Assembly (NCBI RefSeq): GCF_964194155.1
Contig: NC_135879.1
Location: 173,104,001 to 173,168,000, forward strand
Length of the DNA: 64,000 nt
Direction: 5' to 3'
Source: Cetorhinus maximus
Lineage: Eukaryota
This document shows, one piece after another, positions 36,295 through 48,064 of the stretch. Position 1 is the first letter of the stretch. Each line of letters opens with the position of its first letter. Position numbers and translations under genes: made by a program. The notes beneath the pieces were generated by a model. It was given only the letters and a program-made list of their open reading frames with translations. It searched no databases and had not been told where the DNA came from.

Positions 36295-37029
36295 GAACCT
36301 ATACTGGCCCAAGAAATTAACCTTAGTAAAACCCTTCGGTCCACATGTAGATAGAAATGGAGACAGGTAGATGTGGCCTAAATCTCTACACTATTTTACA
36401 CTATTCTCTACACTATTACCATCTCAAACTAGAGCATTGAAAGCACTATCACTATAATAATTGTGGTTGATGCTGATATCTCTGAGATCGAAAGAGTGTT
36501 GAGAAGACTATCTTGCTTGATATATTTGAAATTTTATGAAACTTAGTCTGTTTTGTGTTTTGGCAAATGAAATGAAATTTAGATGAACAACTATATTGGC
36601 CTAGGGACATAGGAACAGGAGAATGCCATTCAGCCCATTGAGCATGCTCCGCCTTTCAATACGATCATGGCTGATCGAACACTCATCTAATCTAATTACA
36701 TAATTGCAGGAAATTATTTCTTTATTGACAGTTAATACCAAGAAAAAGCATCAAATTGATCATAGAAGATTCCAGTAATAAAAGATCAACTTTACTAAGC
36801 ACGCATTTCCAGTGTATGATCACTTAAAATCTGAGCATATACATAATTCATTACTGCATGTGCCAAATGTATCACCACTAGCCATGGGGCATATCACTAT
36901 AAAACCTAAGAGCTAATATTCTGTTAGGTAACCGCTGGGATTGCTGGGGTAGACTGCAGTGTAAGTGGCCATGCTTCACCTGTTCATATGGGTGCAGCTA
37001 GTGGATCCCTACATATCTTTACCCAGACC

Positions 37030-37493
37030 TCAGATCTGCCTCAGGGAGATTAATTTGATTGTGAAAAATGGAAAGAAAGAATTAAAAAAATTATTCAGAC
37101 ATGTCCCAGCTCATGTGACAGTGTCACATGAGCTGGGACATGTCTATGAATTTTAATAAAATTTTTTATTAAAGTTATAAACCCTTCATGAACCTCATCC
37201 TGCCCGTGGATGAGGTTCCATGAAAAATGCAAAGGCCGCCTGGGCTCTTTGCCTGCCCGCCAACCTTAAGGTTAGACAGGCAGCCCTGACAAGCACTTCA
37301 ATTAGTTGATAAATGGCCTTAATAGATCCTTGACAGTTTTGCGGGCGGACAGCCAACTCCAGTGCGCGCCCGCCGAACCGAAGATTGGAATGATGCGCGG
37401 TGACGTCGGGACGTACGCCTGACGTCACCGTGTGTCAGTTTATGCATCAGCATGAGGGGTCGTCCCCTGCACACCAACCAGAAGATTCTGCCC
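37030..37493 (+). mobile_element. Partial Harbinger-derived MITE
   Basis: Perfect palindrome at ~37097-37145; ends GAAGATTCTGCCC. Confidence 0.9.
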
Positions 37494-37989
37494 ATGATCT
37501 TACCAAATGGCAGTCCAGGCTCAAGTGGCCAAACGGCCTACTCCTGTTCCTAAATCTTCTGTTCATATGTATGTATGTAAATGGATGTACTGAGTTGAAA
37601 AGCAGGGGAGTTATGCGATACGTTTAGAAACTCAGGTTAGGTCACAACTGGAGTATTTCGTTCAGTTCTTCTCACCACACTTTAGGAAGGACGTGAGGGT
37701 TTTTGAAAGGGTACAGAGGAAATTTACCAGGATGGTTCCAGGGATAAGGGTCAGGGATTCGGCATTGTCATTGGATATTTGTTTGTGACGGGATAGCTGA
37801 GAATAGAAGAGTTCAAACTTCGCAAATACCTCTTCCAGTTTGATGTGGGACATATGAACACCAAAGCTGAAGTTGTACACAGGGACAAACTCCTTGCTTT
37901 TGGAATGTACATGATCTGATGCCTAGCTGATCTAGTGCATGCATATTGCGGGATACCCAATGACTTGTCCGATTTTCACATGCAGCACA

Positions 37990-39915
37990 AGTGCCTGGTG
38001 GCATTGTGAGGCCTCAAGGCCAACCTAGACATACCTATTTGCGAGCCTGACAAAGGGACTGGAATGGTCACCCTTAACAAGTGTGACTATATTCACAAAA
38101 TGCATGCCCCATTCTTAATGATGCATCCAAATTTGTATCCATTGGACCCGTCGCTATGCATGACCACACAGCTATGCTTGAAAACAAGTTACAAAAATGT
38201 TTGTTAAATTTGCAAAAGGGTAAGGGCTGCCTTGTGGCATATACAATAGGATTCATCCTCATGATTCACTGCATCCACTTATGGGTATGAGCTGCCCAAG
38301 ACACACAAAAGTGATGTCCCATTATGCCCTATTTTATCTCTGACTGGTTCTGCATAACATGAGTTGGCCAAATAGTTGAATGAGTTGCTACAACCAGTTA
38401 TGAGTGAGTTTTCAACATACATGGATTTCTTCACCTTCATGAAGACAATATGTGACCTTCATATGGATAGCTATGATGTGTCTATGTGTTCATTCAACAT
38501 TCCTAGCCTATTACTAATGTGCTGCTCAAGGAAGCCATAGACATTTGTGCCTCATCACTATGGCATCGCAATCTAGATGGGTCACTGTAGTAAATCTGTA
38601 TTCATTGAACTTACAAACTTAACAACTCACACAGTTGCATTCAGCTTTGATGACATCACGTATGCCCAAATTGATGGTAGTGCCAGGGCATCCCCTCTGG
38701 AACCAGCTCTCATGAACATTTTTGTCAGTTTCACGAGAAACCCGTTCTCGGTAGAATGGCTCCTAACCTCCTACCCCTTGCATACCTCTGAATTATAGAT
38801 GCCAATATGTCTGCTGTATTTGAATCTGCAGCTGTGTGTAAGCATTTTCTTACACATTTTAATGCGCTCCATTCCACGCTTAAATTCACCTTTGAAATGG
38901 GGCAGCCTAATGAGCTTCCTTTCCTCAGTGTGCTAATTGAGAAATTCACTGATGGGTCCTCAACTACCTTCACTGATCATTATACACGTTGGATTCCTAC
39001 ATCTCCACCCGCTTTAAAATTGCCTTTATTTGCAATTATCTAAATAGGGCCCGAGCCATTTGCTTACTGGGCAAGCTTGATATTGAAATAGAGTGCATCA
39101 AAGCTATCCTGCAGGATAATGCTGAGATCATTGCTCACTGTGTATCACACATAGCTACAAATGGGTCTAAAGTCATTACGTTTGAACCTGAAAAGTTCCC
39201 AGTCTACCTCAAATTACCATTGAAGTTATCACAAAAATTTGAGCAACATGTAAAGCTGGTTGTTTCAAGCTGCTACTATGTAGTAGCAACATGTGTGGTA
39301 TTTACCACTAGCAGATCCAGCCGTCGAGGCAAAAAGATGTTCTGCATACCACGGAAATGAGTTGTGTGATATATGAATTTCAGTCCTGATGTGATGCTGT
39401 ATGTCCCAATGATTAGCAGATTGAATCAAACAGTATGTCTCTTTGGCTGTTCGAAATAGACTGTGTATTGACCATGCTCAACCAGCCCATGCTTTGAAAC
39501 TCAGAACATAATATCCAACATTAGATGTAATTCCACAATTGGGCAGCACTGGCTGAGCAATCCTGAGTGTGCTAGGAGTTACATTAACAACAAATTTAAG
39601 ATTATCAGATGGGCTCACGATGTGGCTCACTTACCCATGCTAGAAGCTATATATATTCATATGCAGGGACCTGCCTTCTGCAGGAAAAAGCACCATGCCC
39701 AGGAATTGTGCTTCTTTTGAATTAAACAAATGCATGGGGTACAATAGTTCACTCCATAGTAATGCCTTGACCAATCAGAGTCAACTTGCCAACTAATCAA
39801 CACCCTTTTCTCATGCAGTATGAATTGTTGTTCCCTTTGAAATTTGGCCTCTGCCTCTGTCCTAATGGGTGCGAGACGAAAATGTTCGACAACATGTCTC
39901 TTTTTTTCAGCATAA
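37990..39915 (+). mobile_element. Degenerate Penelope-like element, family 2
   Basis: PDKGTGMVTLNKCDYIHKM; YAQIDGSARASPLEPALMNIFV; FNALHSTLKFTFE..LPFLSV; decayed GIY-YIG ~39360-39440; pLTR with hammerhead remnant at 39858-39892. Confidence 0.88.
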
Positions 39916-40029
39916 CTAAAGAGCTGATTGCATATGCCAGGGGTCTTGCCCGACCTGGACCACTACTTGCTGTGGCCATATGTTTTTGCTATGTAGCGAG
40001 TATGCATGTTGTGTTTAATCAGATTTTAA

Positions 40030-40310
40030 TTGACTGATATTGGTAACAACAAATTAGAAAGATTAAAATCACTACAATGTGAGGAAGAGCTTTTTTACGC
40101 TGTGAATGGAAATGATCTGAAACTCACTGCCTACGACAGTGCTGGAGGTGGAGATGAACAGTTATTTCAAAATGCAAGTGTTTGGACTGTTGAAGGAAAT
40201 AAACTTGCACTGCTAGCAGGATAGAGTGGACGAACAGGTTGCTCTATAGAGAGCCAGCATGGGCTTGATGGGCTGAACGGCCTCCTTCTGTGCCATTATG
40301 ACTTAATGAC
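40030..40310 (+). mobile_element. CR1 3' fragment
   Basis: Tail GATGGGCTGAACGGCCTCCTTCTGTGCC typical of the CR1 copies here. Confidence 0.7.
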
Positions 40311-42122
40311 TGCCTATAAAATGATTTGTTTAAGCAAGAATTATACCCAATATTGCTTCACTTGTATTAGAGGAATAAGAAAAATACATAGGTGCATGAA
40401 CGGCTGAAGGAAAAATTCAATTTTTGTATTTCTAGGTGGAGTACAGGACTTGCTCATGCAGAAAAAAAATGAGTTTCTCTATGGAAAATGATGTATTCTG
40501 GTTAAGTTTAAGCAATTTTAAACTTCGCAATTAATGCACTTACAACTTAAAAAAGAAAACAAAGTACGATTTGAATTATCAGCAGAGCAATCATACTTTC
40601 ATTGACACAAAAGCTACCCAGTCAGTGCTCCACCTCTCCAGCTCGCAAAGACATTCTAATCGCTCCGCAAGAAAACAAGAAAGAAAGTAAGCTTATATAA
40701 CGCCTTGCCATATTGTCATACCTTCAGGATGTTCCTAAGAGCTTCACATCCAATACAAGGATGATCCGGAAATGTTTGTTGATTGCCAAATACAAAACTA
40801 TTATTCAAATGTTCAATATTACTTCGGCCTCTTAAAAATTTGAAAAAGGATTCTCTTTAAAAAGGGCTCAGTCCAATTTCTTCTCTATCGTGTATGCATA
40901 TCTGGAGTGAAGGGCTTTGATTCAAACTTACCTGAAGAATAATCCCAAGGAAAAGAACAGGTCCCTTCACTCACTGCATCGTTTTCTTCTTCGGCATCCG
41001 TCTGTCTAGGAGACGGTGGACTGTGCACAGGGTGTAAATCGCTTCTGGATTGGACATCATCTGTTGTGGCTATAGAGGCCAATTCACAAGTGATTGTTCC
41101 TTCTGTAGCTGGCAAAGATGAATGTCATTGGCCCGAAGTTGACTGATGTTGTTTTCCTTCTGGCAGGCTCTCTTTTCTGCCATCTTGTCATTTCTTTTGT
41201 CCTCTGCTTTTTCCACACCCTTTTTTGACAGTTTGTCTTCAGGCACTCCAGTCAGCAATGAGGACATTCCATGCATCGGCACCGACCCAGGTCAGCTTGA
41301 GGTCTCGCTTACAGGTGTCCTTGCATTACAGACGTGGGTGACCTGTTGGCCTTGTGCTTATAGTAGGCTCGCCATAGAGCAATAGAGCATGTCTTTTGGC
41401 ATGTGCACATGACCCAGCCATCAGTGTCGCCGCTGAATCAAAACAGCACACATGCTGGGGATCCCCGCATGCTGGGGGACTTATATATTCGGCACTCCAG
41501 GAGTTGCCCAAAATTTGCCTGAGGCAGAGGGAGTGTAAGATGTTCAGCCACTGTTCTTGGCTTGCATAAGTTGCCCATGCTTTGCTACTGTAAAGGAGGG
41601 TGCAGAGAACACAAGCCTGGTACACAAGGAGATTTGTATTTTCGGTTAGTTTGCTGTAGGCCCACACTCAACCTCTCAACTTTGACATGACAGCTGCGGT
41701 CCTGGCAAACCTGGTGCTGATTTTGCCATTGAGGGACAGATTGTTGGTAATGGTTGACCTAAGGTATGTGAAGCTGTCAACGACCTCCAGAGTGAGGTTG
41801 TCAATGTTGATGGAAGGTGGAGTCTCTACGTCCTGGCCCATAACTTTGGTCTTCATGACACTGTTCATATGTCCAAACTCCTTGCAAGTCTGGGAGAATC
41901 GATCTACAAACTGTTGCAAGTGAGCTTCTGTGTGGGATGCTAGCATGGTGTCATCAGCAAACAGAAGAACATAAGAAATAGGAACAGGAATAGACCATTC
42001 GGCCCCTCAGGCCTGCTCCGCCATTCAATAAGATCATGGCTGATCTTCTTGTGTTTTAATTTCCACATTCCCATCTACCCCCTATTACCTTTGATTCCCT
42101 TGCCTAACAAGAATCTATCTAC

Positions 42123-43490
42123 AACAAAAACAGAATTACCTGGAAAAACTCAGCGGGTCTGGCAGCATTGGCGGAGAAGAAATCAGTTAACGTTTCGAGC
42201 CTTCATGGCCCTTCGGCAGAACTGAAGCATAGTTAGAAGAAGGGAGAAATATAAATTGGTTTAAGGTGGGTTGGGGGGGGTGGAGAGACACATTGAGGGT
42301 GTGGTGATTGTGGAGATGAGCAGATAATCAAAAGATGTCACAGACAAAAGGGTCAAAGAGGTGTTGAAGGTAGTGATATTTGTCTAAGAAAAGTGCTAAT
42401 TAAGAATGGAAGACAGGATATTCAAAGTACAGCTCTAGTGGGGGTGGGGTGGAAAGACTAACAAGGTTTTAGTTTAGATTTAAAAATAATGGAAATAGGT
42501 GGGGAAAGAAGAATCTATATAAATTATTGAAAAAAAAAGGGGGGGGGGAAGAAACGGGTTGGGGATGGGGGGAGGGGGAGTTTAAGATCTAAAGTTGTTG
42601 AATTCAATATTCAGCCCAGAAGGCTGTAAAGTGCCTAGTCGGAAGATGAGGTGCTGTTCCTCCAGTTTGCGTTGGGCTTCACTGGAACAATGCAGCAAGC
42701 CAAGGACAGACATGTGGGCAAGAGAACAGGGTGGAGTGTTAAAATGGCAAGCGACAGGGAGGTTTGGGTCTTTCTTGCGGACAGACCGCAGGTGTTCCGC
42801 AAAACGGTCGCCCAGTTTGCGTTTGGTCTCTCCAATGTAGAGGAGACCGCATTGGGAGCAACGAATGCAGTAGACTAAGTTAGGGGAAATGCAAGTGAAA
42901 TGCTGCTTCACTTGAAAGGAGTGTTTGGGCTCTTGGACGGTGAGGAGAGAGGAAGTGAAGGGGCAGGTGTTGCATCTTCTGCGTGGGCATGGGGAGGTGC
43001 CATAAGTAGGGGTTGAGGAGTAGGGGGTGATGGAGGAGTGGACCAGGGTGTCCCGGAGGGAATGATCCCTACGGAATGCCGTCATGGGGGGTGAAAGGAA
43101 GATGTGTTTGGTGGTGGCATCATGCTGGAGTTGGCGGAAATGGCGGAGGATGATCCTTTGAATGCGGAGGCTGGTGGGGTGATAAGTGAGGACAAGGGGG
43201 ACCCTATCATGTTTCTGGGAAGGAGGAGAAGGCGTGAGGGAGGATGCGCGGGATATGGGCCGGACACGGTTGAGGGCCCTGTCAACGACCGTGGATGGAA
43301 AACCTCAGTTAAGGAAGAAGGAGGACATGTCAGAGGAGCTGTTTTTGAAGGTAGCGTCATCAGAACAGATGCGACGGAGGCGAAGGAACTGAGAGAATGG
43401 GATGGAGTCTTTACAAGAAGCGGGGTGTGAGGAGCTGTAGTCGAGGTAGCTGTGGGAGTCGGTAGGCTTGTAATGGATATTGGTGTTTTT
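42123..43490 (-). mobile_element. 5'-truncated Penelope-like element (GIY-YIG + pLTR)
   Basis: ORF 42582-43085 with CPRRRCNTCP and LVYCIRCSQCGLLYIGETKRKLGDRFAEHL; TSD AAGAATCTATCTAC at 42109-42122 and 43491-43504. Confidence 0.95.
42184..42224 (-). ncRNA. Minimal hammerhead motif (A6C core variant)
   Basis: Minus strand CAGTT-CTGCCGA-A-GGGCC-ATGAA-GGCTC-GAAA-CG-TT-AACTG. Confidence 0.68.
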
Positions 43491-44789
43491 AAGAATCTAT
43501 CTACCTTTGCCTTAAAAAATATTCAATGACACCACCATCACCACTCTGAGGCAGAGAGTTCAAAGTCGCACAACTCTCTGAGAGAAAATTTTCTCTTCAT
43601 CTCTGTGCTAAAAGGGTGACACCAAATTTTAAAACAGTGCCCCCTAGTTCTGGACTCGCCCACAAGAGGAAACAACCTTTCAACGTCCACCTTGTCAAGG
43701 CCGTTCAGGATCTTATATACTTCAATCAAATCACCGCTCACACTTCTAAACTCCAGTGGAAACAAGCCCAATCTGTCCAACCTTTCCTCATAAGACAACC
43801 CACTCATTCCAGGTATGCAGCAAACAGCAATGAACGGACGAGGACATTACACACTTTGGTCTTGTTGTGCAGTCTTGCCAAGTTGAACAGCTTGTTGTCA
43901 GCTCTGGCATGCAGGTATACACTCTCATTTGAGTTGCAAAAAAGCCTGCACATTCATCGGAAACTACCTTGCTTATAGGGGAATTACCAACAAACAGGAC
44001 TGCTTTAAAACATGAGGCCTAAGTCCTATTCGTTATGATGTGTCATTCTTTTGTATAAGCCTTAATGCTAGAATAGCTCTTGTCCCTTGTTAAAACTCAG
44101 AAATCAGAAGGATCCTTCCTTAAAATTCATGGAATCTAATATTGAAAAATACTAGGAAGACATACCAGATGGCAACCTCTGAAAGTTTTTCTTCAGACTC
44201 CAGAAGCTCATTAATGTTAAAAAGGCAGATGTCTGAAATCATGATTTAACATCAATATTTATTATGTTTCTGCCTATTTTACAGATGGCGCTGATGATAC
44301 ACCGTTATTGGAGTCACTTGACTAAGAAAAATAGCCTAAAAACACAGGATGTATATCACCAGGAGAAAAGAAGTGACAGAAGTTAGATCTAAAGGAGGAT
44401 GCACACCAGACGCTTTGAGAGGAACAATGAAAGGTATATAGACAGAACAGAGGGATACATGGGGATAAACAAATACATGAAATGTCTGGAGCAATAAATA
44501 GAGGGAATCTTTTTGGACCATTAATAGGTTATTCCTATTCTATAAACTGCATATATTTTACAGAAAAAAACTTCCCTGCATTAGCATCAGCATTAAGTAC
44601 TATGAATTCCTTCGTGTGTCTAGGAGTTCAAAGTCTTGTCAATACAGATGTTACCAAAAGCACATAAGGAAAAATTAAGTAAAATTAACATCATTGAATT
44701 TTACATGGAGACTATTCTGGGCTTATGGGACACAGTGAGTGGTATTTGGGGCAATATGCAATTACACTTTTTTATTGTTGCTGCAATCT

Positions 44790-45787
44790 GACTAGTGGGG
44801 TACCACAGGGATCGGTGCTGGGACCCCAGCTTTTCACAATATATATTAATGATTTAGATGAGGGAACTAAATGTAATATCTCCAAATTTGCAGATGGCAC
44901 AAAGCTGGGTGGGAGGGTGAGCTGTGAGGAGGATGCAGAGATGCTTCAGTGTGATTTGGACAAGCTGAGTGAGTGGGCAAATGCATGATGCAGTATAATG
45001 TGGATAAATGTGAGGTTATCCACTTTGGTAGCAAAAACAGGAAGGCAGATTATTATCTGAATGGCTATAAATTGAGAGAGGGGAATGTGCAACGAGACCT
45101 GGGTGTCCTCGTACACCAGTCGCTGAAGGTAAGCATGCAGGTGCAGCAGGCGGTAAAGAAGGCAAATGGTATGTTGCCTTCATAGCCAGAAGATTCGAGT
45201 ACAGGAGCAGGGATGTCTTGCTGCAATTATACAGGGCCTTGGTGAGACCACACCTGGAATATTGTGCGCAGTTTTGGTCTCCTTACCTGAGGAAGGGTGT
45301 TCTTGCTATAGAGGGAGTGCAGCGAAGGTTTACCAGACTGATTCCTGGGATGGCGAGACTGACATATGAGGAGAGATTGAGTCGGTTAGGACGATATTCG
45401 CTGAAGTTCAGAAGAATGTGGGGGGATCTCATAGAAACCTATAAAATTCTAACAGGACTAGACAGGGTAGATGCAGGAAGGATATTCCCGATGGTGGAGG
45501 AGTCCAGAACCAAGGGTCACAGTCTGAGGATATGGGGTAGACCATTTAGGACTGAGATGAGGAGAAATTTCTTCACCCAGAGAGTGGTGAGCCTGTGGAA
45601 TTCGCTACCACAGAAAGTAGTTGAGGCCAAAACATTGTATATTTTCAAGAAGGAGTTAGATATAGCTCTTGGGTCGAAAGGGATCAAAGGATATGGGGAG
45701 AAAGCAGGAGCAGGTTATTGAGTTGGATGATCAGCCATGATCATAATGAATGGTGGAGCAGGCTCGAACGGCCCACTCCTGCTCCTA
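44790..45787 (+). mobile_element. Relatively young CR1 LINE, RT to 3' end; tail resumes at 46496
   Basis: [30 protein letters not shown]; ORF 45218-45721 LYRALVRPHLEYCAQFWSP. Confidence 0.96.
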
Positions 45788-46495
45788 GGGCAAAATTTTG
45801 CCCTTGGTGGGTGGGCGGGCCCCACCGGCTCGGCGGCGGCGGGCAGCCGAACTCCGCCACCGAAACGGGGCCCGCCACCATTTTGAGTGGGCGGGCCAAT
45901 TAAGGTTCGCTCAGCGGTCTGCCCGACAGGAAGTGCTATGTCCTTCCTGTGCGGGGGGGGGGAGGGAATCCCCATCTGTCAAAGTGCGCTCTTTCATGCA
46001 TACGCGTGAAAGAGCACACTGCTCCCTGAGACCAAGTGCTATCTCAGGGAGATTACTGACAGGTAAAAAAACTCCAAAAATAGAAAAATATTAAAATTAT
46101 TAACATGTCCCCCTCATGTGACAATGTCACACGAGATGGGTCATGTTAATAAGAAACACAGAAACTTTATGAAACTTTTTAAAAACGGACATGAAACCTC
46201 ATCCCGCCAGTAGATGAGGTTTCATGTTTTATCAGAAGCCCGCTGGGGCTCCTGGCCTGCCCGCCAGCCTTAAGGTTGGACAGGTAGGTCTTTAACAATC
46301 TTAATTATCCTGTCGATGGCCTTAATTGGCCATTGACAGGTCAGCGGGTGAACAGCTGATTTCGTTGTCCGCCCGCCTTTCTGGAAATTTAAAGGGACCG
46401 GGATGACGTCGGGGGTTCCTCTCGACGTCATCCATGTCATTTTCACGTTGGTGTGCGGACCCCGCCCCCAAATTGCCGACGGGAAAATCCTGGCC
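45788..46495 (+). mobile_element. Harbinger-derived MITE inserted in a CR1 tail
   Basis: TIRs GGGCAAAATTTT / AAAATCCTGGCC; CTA TSD at 45785-45787 and 46496-46498. Confidence 0.93.
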
Positions 46496-47385
46496 CTAGT
46501 TTCTATAATCTATGTTTCTATCTGCCAGAAGTGGGGGTTGAAAGGTTGTAGTAAATTTCCTACCCCTCCACCTTTCCCAGCAAAGGTAGGCAGCTGGTAC
46601 TATTGCACATGATGAGAGTGTCCAGAGCCATAATCAAATATCCTCTATTCCAGGAAGTGAAATGTGGTCGGAGGCATAGGCAGCCAGAAATCCCATCCTG
46701 CCAAACTTTTAGTGGTGGAGCAAAGCCACGGGAATTTCAGGCTCGACAGGCTCACCATCCACCAACACTAAATGTCCTGTAAGGGGTAAATTTTTACTAA
46801 AGCAGGCAGGTTTGCCTTGCAGAAAGGCATTCTGAAAACTTAGCTGGGCTATAGTCAAGTACAACACACAGACAGGGGTTTCTGCTGTACATGCTTGATG
46901 GCCTGAGGCTCCACTGGGACTTAATAAGAAGAGCAGTGCTAGAAAATTATTTGCATTCATGCTACATCATACTTCATTCCAATAACTATAAGTAGTTAAG
47001 GCAAATAACATAGATGCATTTAAAAGGTGAAGCGAGATAAATACATGAGAGAGAAAGGAGTAGAAGGTTATGCAGATAGGGTTAGATGAAGTAGGGTTGG
47101 AGGAGGCTTGTGTGAGCCATAAACTGCTACTACTGAACTATCTTGTTTGGAAACTGCACATTTGAAAGGTGTTCTTTTTTAAGGCATACCCCTGGTCCAG
47201 CAGTTATATCATGATGTGAAAATCTGATGGCCAAATCTAACACTTATCATTAGTTAGACTGTTTTGAAATAATTTGCTTTACTGAGAAAAATTTAATTTA
47301 ATGTATCACCAAACATCTCCTTATGTACCTCGTTGTCATATTTTGTTTTATAATGCTCCTGTGAAGTGCCTTGGAATTTTTCATT

Positions 47386-48064
47386 GAGGAGAATTTTTCC
47401 TATGGTGGGCAGACTGGGCAGGAGTGGGCGGGGTGGGCGCAGAGCCGATCGCCGCCCACGAATGGCTGTGCGCTGCCATTTTACGCGGGCCGGCCAATTA
47501 AGGCCCGTCCACCGTAACGAGCAGCCAGTCGCGCTCACCTGTGTGGGCAGGGGGAGGATGGAGAGTCGGGGCCTGCGCTTTTTTGTGCATGTATGTGAAA
47601 GAGCGCTTCAATCTCCCTGCGGCACAGAGCTGCCTCAGGGAGATTAATTGGATTAGAAAACTTTTTAATAAATTTATTTAAACATGTCCCCTCATGTGAC
47701 AGTGTCACATGAGCTGGGACATGTTTGTGAAGTTTGGAAAATATACTTATTTATTTTATAAAAGCTTCAGGAAACCTCATCCCACCCGTGAATGAGGTTT
47801 CCTGAAAAATGCTAAGGCCGCTTGAGCTCTTTGCCTGCCGCCAACCTTAAGGTTGGACGGGCAGCGTTCCTAACTAATTTAATTACTCTTTTAATGGCCT
47901 TAATAGGCCGTTAACATTTTGGCGGGCGCGCAGCCACCTCCGGCATGCGCCTGCCAAACAAAAGATTGAGATGACACGCGACGACGTCAGGAGGCATGCC
48001 CGACGTCATTTTACACGTCGGTCTGTCGGGCCCGCCCCCGCACACCTACCGGAAGATTCAGTCC
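47386..48064 (+). mobile_element. Harbinger-derived MITE
   Basis: TIRs GAGGAGAATTTT / AAGATTCAGTCC; ATT TSD at 47383-47385 and 48065-48067. Confidence 0.92.

Larger units (their letters stand above)
41965..43817 (-). mobile_element. CR1 3' fragment (split by Penelope)
   Basis: ORF 43538-43807 GLSYEERLDRLGLF..GDLIEVYKIL; tail at 41965-42108; TSD CAGCAAACAG at 41955-41964 and 43818-43827. Confidence 0.92.
40900..43940 (-). mobile_element. RTE-clade LINE fragment hosting nested CR1 and Penelope
   Basis: LASHTEAHLQQFVDRFSQTCKEFG..KTKVMGQ, FTYL and YQACVLCTLLYSS motifs. RSLLFADD is reconstituted across the TSD CAGCAAACAG. Confidence 0.9.

Noticed and set aside
40419-40510. Possible + strand exon after TTTTTGTATTTCTAG
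   Set aside because: Weak donor and no informative translation; insufficient support.
45788-46495. CpG-island promoter
   Set aside because: The GC/CpG-rich patches coincide with young MITE and Harbinger copies.
17137-48064. CRISPR-like array or prokaryotic terminators suggested by repeated palindromes
   Set aside because: Palindromes are internal to dispersed MITE copies; there is no repeat-spacer periodicity, no cas gene, and the context is eukaryotic.
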